Source: Mobula hypostoma
Taxonomy: Eukaryota
Direction of reading: 5' to 3'
Assembly: GCF_963921235.1 (NCBI RefSeq)
Contig: NC_086100.1
Location: 204,726,001-204,790,000, forward strand
Length of the DNA: 64,000 nucleotides
Positions 48,272 through 60,244 of the stretch are shown here, one piece after another. The notes under the pieces are model-generated. The model saw only the letters and a list, made by a program, of their open reading frames with translations. It searched no databases and was not told the origin of the DNA. A program made the translations under genes and the position numbers. Position 1 is the stretch's first letter. Every line of letters starts with the position of its first letter.

Positions 48272-48547
48272 TGTGTTTCCTTCTGCAAGTTTTTAAAGGC
48301 TCCCCAATCCTCTATCTCCCCACTAGCTCTGGCTTCCTTGTATGTCCTCTATTCTGCTTTAACTTTGGCCCTGACTTCACTTGTCAGCCATGGTAGTGTC
48401 CTCCTTCCCTTTGAAAATTTCTTCTTATTTGGAATGTATCTGTCTTGCACTCCTCTCATTTTTCACAGAAACTCCAGCCATTGCTGCACTGTTGTCCTTC
48501 CTGCAAATGTCCCTTTCCAGTCAACTTCGGCCACTTCACCTCTCATA

Positions 48548-49230
48548 CCAACACAACATACTTTGCAGATGCTGGGGTCAAAGCAACAGTGACAACACAC
48601 TGGAGGAACTCAGCAGGTCGGGCAGCATCCGTGGAAACGATCAGTCAACGTTTCGGGCCAGAACCCTTTGTCAGGACTGAAGAGGGAAGGGTAGAGGCTC
48701 TATAAAGAAGGTGGGGGAAGGGTGGGAAGGAGAAGGCTGGTGGGTTCCAGATGAAAAACCAGTAAGGGGAAAGATAAAGGGGTGGGGGAAGGGAGGCAGG
48801 GAGGTGATAGGCATGAAAGGTGAAGAAGGAATGGGGAAAGCACAATGGGTAGTAGAAGGAGGCGGAACCATGAGGGAGATGATAGGCAGCTGGAGGAGGA
48901 GGCAGAGTGAAACTGGGATAGGGGAAGGGAGGGGGAGGAAATTGCCAGAAGTTGGAGAATTCAATGTTCATACCAAGGGGCTGGAGACTACCCAGATGGT
49001 ATATGAGGTGTTGCTCTCCCAACCTGAGTTTAGCCTCATCATGGCAGTAGGGGAGGCCATGTATGGACATATCCAAATGGGAATGGGAAGCAGAGTTGAA
49101 GTGGGTGGCATCCGGGAGATCCTGTCTGTTGTGGTGGACGGAGCAGAGGTGCTCGACGAAGCAGTCACCCAATCTGCATTGGGTATCACCGATGTAGAGG
49201 AGGCCGCACCGGGAGCACCGGATGCAATGG
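48548..49230 (-). mobile_element. Penelope-like 3' fragment (second subfamily)
   Basis: GDCFVEHL..ATHFN..EQHLIY.LGSLQP.GMNIEFSNF; mutated hammerhead motif at 48643-48678. Confidence 0.85.
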
Positions 49231-50504
49231 CTGACCTCTCATGCCATTGTAATTTCCTTTATTCCACTGAAAAACCGACACATTGGATTTTATTTTTCCC
49301 TCTCAAATTTTAATGTGAACTTGATCATATTGTGATCACTGTTCCTGATGGGTTCCTTAACCTTAAGCTCCCTTATCACCTCCAGGTCATTGCACAAGAC
49401 ACAAATCAGCACAGCCAATTTCCTTGTGGGCTCAACAACGAGCTGTTCTAAAAAGCCATCCTTTAGATATTCTACAAATTCTCTCTGGTTTTCCCAAATC
49501 CACTTTTTGTTAAAATCCCCAACGATTATCATGACATTGCCTTTCTGACATGCCTTTTCTATCTCTTGCTAAATTTGCAATCCACATCCCGGCCGCTGTT
49601 TGTAGGCCTGTATACAACTGTCATTCGGGTCGTTTTACCCTTGCCGTTTCCTAATTCAACCTATGGAGACTCTACTCCTTCCAATCCTATGTCATCCCTT
49701 TCCAATCATTTAATATTATTTCTTGTACACAGGGCCACACCACTTCATTTGCCTACTGACCTATCTTTCTGATACACCTTATATCCTTGGACGTTCAGCT
49801 CCTAATGGCAGCCATTCTTTAGCTAAGTTTCACAAATGGCCACGTCATATTTGCAAATCTGTAGCTGAATTTCAAGATCATCTGTTTTATTCCTTATGCC
49901 GTGTGCATTCAGATACAACACTCTCAGTCCAGTATTTCTTGGTTTCTATTTTAATTGCACCACGGATCTATTGTCCTATTACTCATGCCACTGGCTTTGA
50001 TTAAGCTTTATCTCCTGCCTGTTCTTTCTATAATTTCTGTTGCACGCTATCTTTGATTTATTTCTGTTTTCCCCTTTCTCAGCCCAATCACTCTGGTTCC
50101 CATCCCCCTGCAAATTTGTTTATACACTCACTAACAGCTTTATTAAATGTTCCCGCTAGGATATTGGACACCTTTGGGTTCAGGTGTAATCCGTCCTTTT
50201 TGTACCGGTCATACCTCCCCTGGAAGAGGCCCCAGTGATCCAGGAATCTGAACCCCTGCCCCCTACACAAGTCTCTCGGCCACACATTAATACGGCTGAT
50301 CATGCTATTCCTTCATCACTAGCACGTGGCGCAGGCAGCAATCCTGAGATTACTACCCCAGAGGTCCACAGGGGTTTGTGTTGGCAACGTTTCTGTTTAT
50401 GTTCATGTCAGTGCATCGGATGACAGTATCAATGGCCCTGTGGCCAAATTTATGAATGACGTCGGATATTGAAAGGACTGGATAGAGAAGTTGTGGAGGG
50501 CCGT

Positions 50505-51122
50505 GGAAAGCAGGATCTCCCAGTGGCCACACATTTTAATTACACGTCCCATTCACATTCTGATATGTCTATTCACGGCCTCCTCTACTGTAAAGATGAA
50601 GCCACACTCAAGTTGGAGGAACAACACCTTATATTCTGTCTGGGTAGCCTCCAACATGATGGCATGAATATTGATTTCTCAAACTTCCGCTAATGCCCCA
50701 ACTCCCCCTCGTACCCCATCCGTTATTTATTTATTTATATACATACATTCTTTCACTCTCTCTCCTTTTGCTCCCTCTGTCCCTCTGACTATACTCCTTG
50801 CCCATCCACTGGGCTCCCCCCCCCCTGTTTTCCTTCTCCCTGGGCCTCCTGTCCCATGATCCTCTCATATCCCTTTTGCCAATCACCTGTCCAGCTCTTG
50901 GCTCCATCCCTTCCACTCCTGTCTTCTCCTATCATTTTGGATCTCCCCCTCCCCCTCCCACTTTCAAATCTCTTACTAGCTCTTCTTTCAGTTAGTCCTG
51001 ACGAAAGGTCTTGGCCCGAAACATCGACAGTACCTCTTCCTAGAGATGCTGCCTGGCCTGCTGCATTCACCAGGAACTTTGATGTGTGTTGCTTGAATTT
51101 CCAGCATCTGCAGAATTCCTCA
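50505..51122 (+). mobile_element. Penelope-like 3' fragment
   Basis: QDLPVATHFN..EEQHLIF..FSNFR plus tail; hammerhead-like motif at 50994-51029. Confidence 0.88.
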
Positions 51123-52129
51123 TGATGGGCTATAGTATCTGGTTATCAGAATCCCCTAAGTAGAACTTAAATATACAAACGATTGGCTTGCTCTGTGGCT
51201 TGAGATTCTAAATTGGAGAATGGGGCTTGATTCACAAAATCCTCATAGCCGACAGTGAATGTATACTGATCCCAGCAATGGAACCCGCCACTGCAGTCCC
51301 ACAGTGCACTATGAACTGATTGGAAAGCTACAAAATTGCATGTGAATAGCCTCCTCTCCCCCAACTCCACTCTTTCTGCATCACTAGCAGACTGGGACAT
51401 CTCACATCTCGCTGCCTTCCCCAGGCCATTAAACTGTGAACAACTGTGGTCAGGGTTCTCTGGGTTATTCCAAACGCTACCTCCTTCCAATCTGAAACGA
51501 CCCATTCATTCAGCCACACACTACCGGTACTTTATCGATTTCCAACGAAAAGGTCCAGTAACCTACTCCTGAGGTTCAATACCATTGCTGACTCTGAGTT
51601 TACCACCATCAAATGCCAGGAGGGACATAATAATCAGAAAGTCTCTAGTCGCAGCCGTGTAAATAAAATGTGATCTTAGTGGGTGTGTGGCGCATGTTCA
51701 GAATGCGAAGGAGACAGGCAAACAAACTGAGCTAAGTCACAGACTGATGAAGGGGAGGAATGATCCATTTTGATACAGAGAGGGAAGCAGAGAGTTTGAT
51801 ATTGTGCCTGATGCCGGAACTGTAGCCAGTTAGAAGATGAAGTCTTGTTGCTCCAAATTGTTTTGAGCTGTGACAGTGTTTTTATCAGAAGGCACCATGG
51901 AGACTAAAATTATCTTAGTTGAAATGTTGTCCTTCACCCACTGATGTGCTTTGTAAACTTTTAACAGTGTGAAAATGTCAAAGGATTTGTGTATGGGAAT
52001 CACAAACACAACAGCACGTTAGTTCCGCTGTATCTGTCAGTTCACCAGCGCTTGAATGCCGCCGATCCTTGAATGTGGAGGCAGAAATGCTGGAGAGGAC
52101 AGCGCTCCACTCGCTACAAGGAGAGCCCA

Positions 52130-52860
52130 ATCACGTCTCCATGTCTGTGATCTGACTGGATACATTGCCGTAGCGTTGATAGCAGTGAAATGTCATTCAC
52201 TGGCTCTCATTTTGGAAGGGATTCAGTCGGCCATCGCAGATACACCAATAGCTTCGCACTGGGAAGCGGCCATTCACCTGCTTCATGTGCAAAGAGGCTC
52301 ATTCAGTTAACCCACGTTGTGATGGTCCGGTGAGTTCACCATAAATAGAGGCCACATTTCTGTCCAGAGTGAGCGAAGAGTTTTACTCAATCATCCCAGC
52401 TGCGGCAGCACCAGCAACTTCACATCAGTGAGGGAGTTCAAATCAGCTCTGTGTTAAATGTTTAACCATCACGGTGACTGAAGGCAGCTGCACGTTCATG
52501 AGGGACGGTTACAGTCAGAATCTGCAGTTCTTGCGGCTGCTCATCGCACCCAGGACTGAACCCTGGTCACTGAGCATTAGAGCATTCCATTCTGCTGATG
52601 TTAGCCTTAAACGAGTCTAGTGTTTAATATTGTGGATCTGTGAAAGTTAAATCAGTTCTGTATCAAATCCCGTGTCGCAGGTAGTTACTGTCTATCACAC
52701 TCACAATGTACACTAGAGAGGCCACTCAACCCATCTGGTGCCTGCCCATGTTTCTGTTCCATATCAGTACAGTATATCAAAATGTATCCCTGCCGATCCC
52801 CCCTCTGATGACAGGTTGCAACTAGCCACCACTCCATCGGAGAAGAGATTTCCCTTGAAT
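52130..52860 (+). pseudogene. Highly decayed C2H2 zinc-finger exon and 3' UTR, paralogous to the 12.7-13.1 kb region
   Basis: cactggga..cggccattcacctgc and cagcaccagcaacttcac finger remnants; 3' blocks ccctggtcactg.gcat and tttaatat..tggatctg.ga...taaatcagttct are shared with 12837-12932. Confidence 0.6.
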
Positions 52861-53092
52861 TTCATAGAATCATATAAATCTACAGCACCTTCGACCCACA
52901 ATGTTGTGCCAACCATGTAACCCACTCTAGAAACTGCCTAGAACTACCCTACCACATAGCCCTCTATTTTTCTAGGCTCCATGTACCAATCTAAGAATCT
53001 CTTAAAATACCCTTTTGTATTGGCCTCCACCACCGTCACCGGCAATGCATTCCGCACACACACCACTCTTTGTGTAAAAAACTTACCTCTGA

Positions 53093-56000
53093 CATAAGAC
53101 CATAAGACAAAGGAGCAGAAGTTGGCCATTTGGCCCATCGAGTCTGCTGCGCCATTTTATCATGAGCTGATCCATTCTCCAATTGAGTCCCACTCCCCCG
53201 CCTTCTCACCATAACCTTTGATGCCCTGGCTACTCAGATACCTATCAATCTCTGCCTTAAATACACTCAGTGACTTGGCCTCCACTGCTGCCCGTGGCAA
53301 CAAATTCCATAGATCGACCACCCTCTGGCTAAAAAAATTTCTTCGCATCTCTGTTCTGAATGGGCGCCCTTCAATCCTTAAGTCATGCCCTCTCGTACAA
53401 GACTCTCCCACCATGGGAAACAATTTTGCCACTTCCACTCTGTCCATGGCTTTCAATGTTCGAAATGTTTCTATGAGGTCCTCCCTCATCCTTCTGAACT
53501 CCAAGGAATACAGTCCAAGAGCAGACAAATGTTCCTCTTATGTTAATCCTCTCATTCTCGGAATCATTCTCGTGAATCTTCTCTGAACCCTCTCCAACGT
53601 CAGCACATCCTTTCTTAAATAAGGAGCTCAAAACTGCCCAGAGTATTCCAAGTGAGGTCTCACCAGCGCCTTATAGAGCCTCAACATCACATCCCTGCTC
53701 CTATACTCTATTCCTCTAGAAATGAATGCCAACATTGCATTTGCCTTTTTCACCACCGACTCAACCTGGAGGTTAATCTCAAGGGTATCCTGCACGAGGA
53801 CTCCCAAGTCCAGTTGCATCTCAGAACTTTGAATTCTCTCCCCATTTAAATAATAGCCTGCCTGTCTACTTCTTCTGCCAAAGTGCATAACCATACACTT
53901 TCCAACATTGTATTTCATTTGCCACTTCTTTGCCCATTTCCCAATCTGTCCAAGTCTCTCTGTAGACTCTCTGTTTCCTCAGCACTACCAGCCCCTCCAC
54001 CTATCTTCGTATCGTCAGCAAACTTAGCCACAAAGCCATCTATTCCATAATCCAAATGGTTGATGTACAATGTAAAAAGAAGCGGCCCCAACATGGACCC
54101 CTGTGGAACACCACTGGTAACTGGCAGCCAACCAGAATAGGATCCCTTTATTTCCACTCTCTGTTTCCTGCCAATCAGCCAACGCTCTATCCATGTGTGT
54201 AACTCTCCCATAATTCCATGGGCTCTTATCTTGTTAAGCAGCCTCATGTGTGGCACCTTGTCAAAGGCCTTCTGAAAATCCAAATATACAACATCCACTG
54301 CATCTCCCTTGTCTAACCTACTTGTAATTTCCTCAAAAATTTGCAATAGGTTTGTCAGACAGGATTTTCCTTTAAGGAAACGATGCTGAGTTTTGCCTAT
54401 CTTGTCATATGCCTCCAGGTACTCTGTACCCTCATCCTTGACAATCGACTCCAACAACTTCCCAACCACTGATGTCAAGCTAACAGGTCTATAATTTCCT
54501 TTTTGCTTCCTTGCCCCCTTAAATAGCAGAGTGACATTTGCAATCTTCCAGTCCTCCGGAACCATGCCAGAAACTATTGACTTTTGAAAGATCATTGCTA
54601 ATGCCTCCGCAATCTCCACAGCTACTTCCTTCAGAACACGAGGGTGCATTCCATCTGGTCTGGGAGATTTATCTACCTTTACCCTATTCAGCTTCCTGAG
54701 TACTTTCTCTGTCGTAATTGTGACTGCGCACAGTCCTCTTCCCTGCCACCCTTGAGTGTCCGGTATACTGCTGATGTCTTCCTCAGTGAAGACTGATGCA
54801 AAATACCCGTTCAGTTCCTCCTTATCTCCTTATCTCCTTATCTTACAATTTCTCCAGCATCATTTTCTATCAGTCCTATATCTACTCTCACCTGTCTTTT
54901 ATTCTTTATATACTTGAAAAAGCTTTTAGTATCCTCTTTGATATTATTTGCTAGCTTCATTTCATAGTTCATCTTTTCCCTCTTAATGACCTTCTTAGTT
55001 CTTTCTGTAAGCTTTTAAAAACTTCCCATACCTCTGTCTTCCCACTGATTTTTGCTTCCTTGTATGCCCTCTCCTTTGCATTAACTTTGGCTTTGATTTC
55101 TTTTGTCAGCCACGGTTGCAACCTTTTTCCATTTGAAAATTTCTTCTTTTTTGGAATATATCTGTCTTGCACCTTCCTCATTTCTCACATAAACTCCAGC
55201 CACTGCTGTTCTGCCATTCTTCCTGCAAGTGTCCCTTTCCAGTCTACTTTGGCCAGTTCCTCTCTCTTGCCACTGTAATTTCCTTTACTCCACTGAAATA
55301 CCAACACATCGGATTTTGGCTTCTCTTTCTCAGATTTCACAGTGAACTCAATCATGTTATGATCACTGCCTCCTAAGCGTTCCTTCACCTCAATCACTCT
55401 AATCACTTCTGGTTCATAATACAATACCCAATCCAGTACAGCCAATCCCCTAGTAGGCTCAACAACAAGCTGTTCTATAAAGCCATCTTGCAGACATTCT
55501 GCAAATTCTCTCTCTTGAGATCCAGTGCCAACCTGATTTTCCCAATCCACTCGCATGTTAAAATCCCTCACAATTATCATATCACTGCCCTCTGACAAGC
55601 CATTTCTATTTCCTGTTGTAATTTGTAATCCACATCACTGCAGCTGTAACCCTAACCCTAAGCCTAATGCGAGTCCTGTATATAACTGGCATCAGGGTCC
55701 TTTTACCCCTGCGATTTCTTAGCTCAACCCATAAAGATCCTACACCTTCTGATCCTATGTCACCTCTTTCTAATGATTTAATATCATTTCTTACCAATTT
55801 CTTATCATTTCTTACCACGCCACCCCTTCTGCCTACCTTTCTATCCTTCTGAGACACCGTGTATCCTTGGACGTTCAGCTCCCAGAAACATGCATCCTTT
55901 AGCCAGGTCTCAGTGATGGCCACAATATCATGCCTGCCAATCTGTACCTGTACGACAAGATCATCCACCTTATTCCTTATGCTGCGTGCATTTAAGTATA

Positions 56001-56430
56001 ACACCTTCAGACCAATATTTGGTATTTTTTGCTTTGATTGCACTGCAACTCATCCCGATGGCTATAAATCTGCCCCATCACCTGCCTGTCTTTCCTGACA
56101 TCTTTACTGCTCTCCATCTTTGATTTATTTCTGTTTTCCCCTTCCTCTGCTCATTCCAGTTCCCATCCCTCTGCCAAATTAGTTTAAACCCTCCCTAACA
56201 GTTCTATTAAACCTTCCTGCCAGGATACTGGTCCCCTTCGGGTTCAGGTGTAACCTGTCGTTTTTGAACAGGTCATACTTCCCCCAGAAGAGATCCCACT
56301 GATCCAAGAATCTGAAGCCCTGCCCCCTGCACCAGTCTCTCAGCCACGCATTCATCTGCCTGATACTACTGTTCTTGCCCTCGCTAGCACGTGGCACAGG
56401 TAGCAATTCCGAGATCACTATCCTGGAGGG
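53093..56430 (-). mobile_element. Long CR1 (ORF1 end, endonuclease, RT, tail) nested in an older CR1 3' end (52865-53092 and 56440-56555)
   Basis: YLNARSIRNK, ITETWL, GSDHN, DFQKAFDKVPH, FADDTK; frameshifted. Confidence 0.9.
55647..55667 (-). repeat. Short interstitial telomere-like repeat (about 3.5 x TTAGGG)
   Basis: taaccc taaccc taagcc taa inside the CR1 endonuclease region. Confidence 0.6.
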
Positions 56431-57569
56431 TAGTAATCTGCCTTGCAACTACTTCCAAGCACCTTAAAACCATGCCCCTCGTGTTAGCCATTTCCGTCCC
56501 GGGAAAAAGCCTGTGGCTATCCACACGATCAATGTCTCTCATCATCTTATACATCTGATGAATTCCCTGCATGAATTTCTCCAGACTGAATAAGACGATG
56601 AGCTCACTGTGGTTTTGACGTTCCCCAGGGCTCTGGAGTAAGGTAGTTAAACTCCTTCTTCGCGGCTCTTTTCAACGTTTTGGGTCATTTTCACTAATTT
56701 CAAAGGACTGTGCCTCAGACAGCTGGGTTGTTGCAATGCGCCTCTAAAGACTGACAGCAGACTAACGAGTGAATCTTCAATGGAGCAGAGTCAGAAACCA
56801 GAGTTGCCAGCCTGAGTTAGGGTTTTGGATGTGGCTACAAATGAAAGATCAGAAACATTTGGAAACTGGTTGATCAAAAAAAAGGTGGTTAATTTCTGCA
56901 AAATACTAGAGGAAATCAACAGATCAGGGAGCAAATCTGGAAAGGAGTCAATAGACAACATTTAGGCCGAGCCCCTTCAGCATGTCCAGACTGTGTACTC
57001 CTCTGCTTAGTTGCTGCCTGAACTGTAGAGTTCCTCCTGCATTTTGTGTCTGTGCGTCTACATTTCCAGCAACAGCAGAATCTCTTGTGTTTTATATCTG
57101 CATTTGTAAGAAGGTTCTACTTCGGCATTAGACATGTGGAAAGTTTACTGATATTAAGTGTATTGATTATGGGAACTGCATTCTGCATTAAAAGAGCTGC
57201 TGAGTTATCTACACAAAAAAAAATTAGGTATAGACATGGAATCGGTGCTTGCAGAAGCTTTTAATGGCACCGTGATTACCCAGAAAGCTCTGTGTTACAA
57301 TTTTCGCTATTGCTGAAGCACTGATCGAAAATGCAGGCGTCAGTGTTGCGGATGTTATTGAATATCGCTCATGCGCGCAGTACTCAAAAGGCATCGTGAG
57401 GATCGGCTGCAGGTAAGAGAGGGTCTCTGTGGCTGGGGCTAGTAACACCAACTGAGGGACAATTGCTGTGAACTCCGGATACCGTGGCCCAGAATCCTGG
57501 GACAGTCCTATGCTCTTCCCTGTCTCTCAGCCCCACGATCCATACACGGGCCCTGGGGAGCTTCCGGCT

Positions 57570-58250
57570 GATGAGGTATACAATGCAGTATACTTGTTGT
57601 TGAGGGGAATGGCCACAGGGAACCCTGCTCTGCCTGCCCTTTCCTCTTCCCTCGCCTGACAGTGACCCGATTTCCTGTGCTCTGCTCCTTTGGCGTAACT
57701 ACCTCCCTGTAGCTACTATCTATAATCTCCTCATTCTCCCAAATGATCTGGAGGCCATCCTGCTCCTGCTCCAGTTCCCTAACGCGGTTTGGCAGGTGTC
57801 ATTGTCAGGGAGACCGGAGGGCTCCTTGACTTCCCACATCCTGCAAGAGGAGCATTCCAACATCCTGCCTGGCATTCTCTCTACTCTAAATAATCTGAAC
57901 AAAAAAACTTACCAGAACCTACCCAGGCCTCTGAATTGTTCTCGCCGAAGCCTGTTGAGCCAAAGCAGTCCCACTCTGACTCAGTCCACTCCGACGATGG
58001 CCGCTGTATATGGTGGTCTGTTTTTAAACCTTGGGGAACCTTACATCACGCGCCTGTGCGGTGCAGACCCTTCTCCCTGAGCAGTGTTTAAAAACAATAT
58101 TTTTTCTACCCGATTTCTTCACACTCTTCTTCTCAGCTGCTTGCTTCGACTGAAACAAGAACTGTTGAAAATTCCTCTTTTTAAACCTTGGCGTGCTATG
58201 TCACGTGCCTGCGCAGTGCAGACCCTTCTCCCCGAGCAGTGTTTAAAAAA
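57570..58250 (-). mobile_element. CR1 5' UTR and ORF1 N-terminus
   Basis: MPGRMLECSSCRMWEV..LPD..TC zinc-finger start; a UTR unit is duplicated at about 58020-58095 and 58178-58250. Confidence 0.7.
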
Positions 58251-58259
58251 AAAGCCATA

Positions 58260-59024
58260 AAGTTAAAGATGACACATTTCTTTAATATTTTAAGCAAGAA
58301 AACCTTTTTATTTCCATCTTTTCCAGTTTCAAAATAACAATAAAGGAAAAGGGTCTGAAGCAAAAGTTTGGGACCCTGCATGGTCAGTACTCAGTAGCAC
58401 CCCCTTTGGCAAGTATCACAGCTTATAAGCGCTTTTTGTAGGCAGCTAAGAGTCCTTCAATTCTTGTTTGGTGGATTTTCACCCATTCTTTCTTGAAAAA
58501 AGGCTTCTAGTTCTGTGAGATTCTTGGGCTGTCTTGCATGCACTGCTCTTTTGTGGTCTATCCACAGATTCTCAATGATGTTTAGGTTGGGGGACTGTGA
58601 GGGCCATGGCAAAACCTTCAGCTTGCGCCTTTTGAGATAGTCCCTTGTGGATTTTGAGGTGTGTTTAAGACCATTATCCTGTTGTAGAAGCCATCCTCTT
58701 TTCATCTTTGGCTTTTTTACAGACACTGTGATGTTTGCTTCCAGAAATTGCTGGTATTTAATTAAATTCATTCTTCCCTCTACCAGTGAAATGTTCCCCA
58801 TGCCACTGGCTGCAACACAAGCCCAAAACATGATCGATCCACCCCCGTGCTTAACAGTTGGAGAGGTGTTCTTTTCATGAAATACTGCACCCTTTTTTCT
58901 CCAAACATACCTTTGCTCATTGCAGCCAAAAAGTTCTATTCAAAAGGTTCAGAGAACATCTAAACAAACCCGATGCATTTTGGAAAGAAGTCCTGTGGAC
59001 TGATGAAGTTAAAATAGAACTTTC
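58260..59024 (-). mobile_element. Tc1-like transposon relic with a local inversion
   Basis: MFWAC, LQQDN..KHTSK, WPSQSP.LN.IENLW on minus; the first-Asp segment FWKEVLWTDEVKIEL lies on plus at about 58945-59024. Confidence 0.85.
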
Positions 59025-59329
59025 TTCTTATTTGGAATATAGCTGTCTTGAACTTTCCTCATTGCCATAAATTGCCAGCAGAACTCAGCATTAGCACTCT
59101 TTTCCATAGATTCTGCCTGGCCTGCTGAGTTCCTCCAGCAATTTGTGTGTGTTGCTTGTTCTACCTCCTCTTGTTCTAGACCTTTCTACCGGTGAGAACC
59201 CATTCTCTCTGGGTACATAATGTTATCAAACACCTTTGCCCTGGGCAACAAGTAGCTTTCACATCACAAATGTGCCAGGCTCCAATGAGACAGACTACTG
59301 CCCTTCCCTTTATTTTCATTGGCTTTGCC

Positions 59330-59721
59330 ATCAATGAGTTCACCACCAGGGGAGTATTCATGGGAAATATTTGTGCACAATACAGAAACTGGTGTCACCT
59401 GTGTGTATTGTGGTGATGCAAAATTTGCTGGAGAATTTACAAGTGGGAAGAAGTGGAGTGATATTTGGAAATCTGACTTTTCAAAGCATCATTTAGCAAG
59501 CAAATCACATATGGACCCTGTGCAAAAGCTCTGTTGAGAAAATCCTTCATTACCCATTACAGGCCTGCTACATATGAACTTGATCGAACCCAGAGGAGAT
59601 CAAAGTTCTTATTGACAGTGATTTGTTAGCTGTTAAAATGAATACCTCTCCATATGAAATTCAGTGTGCACATGTCACTGGGCAAAAAAATTGCACAGTA
59701 CAAGATTTAGAGGGGACATTG
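59330..59721 (+). mobile_element. hAT-like transposon fragment (TTF-type zinc finger and a probable terminus)
   Basis: VTCVYC..F.SG...W....HHLASKSH; ends ttagaggggacattg, a hAT-like terminus. Confidence 0.5.
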
Positions 59722-60244
59722 GTGGGAAGGCGGGGAGACCCCCAGTGTCCCTGATGCCCTCACATGCAAAACGTGCACCCAGTTGCAGCTTGTAACCCTA
59801 CATTTTAAGGAGTTGAAGCTGTAAATGGATGAATTCCGGATCATCCAGGTGTCGGAAGGGGTGATAGATATGACATAAGGTGAATTACACCCGAGGTGCG
59901 GGACACAGGAAACTGGGTGAGAGTCAGGAAGAGGAATGAGGTTAAATCGCCATCACAGAGTACACTTGAGAACATTCCCCACAACAACAGGTATAAACAA
60001 TGTATAAACCATTGTGGGGGGGGGGGATTACCTGGCAGAGGAAATTCAAAGGGGTGATAGGGGGTTGGTTAGTTAGGGGAACAGAACTAGAAGGGAACTA
60101 ATATCCAAGTGCTGAGGCTTGCTAGTGCGAGTGGGGAGGGGGCGTGGTTAATCTAAAGTTGCAGTGGGAATAGGAGCCCGAATGCCAGAACAGGAAGTGG
60201 AGAGGTTGAATTCAACTGAATTGATTTTATTACTTATATGCTTC

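Larger units (their letters stand above)
45475..50370 (-). mobile_element. Long degenerate CR1 (ORF1 end, endonuclease, RT, 3' tail) broken by later insertions
   Basis: (tcttatgg)n tail at 45475; RT motifs 45800-47060; VGDFN and SDHN endonuclease motifs 49290-49530; esterase motifs 50088-50303. Confidence 0.8.
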
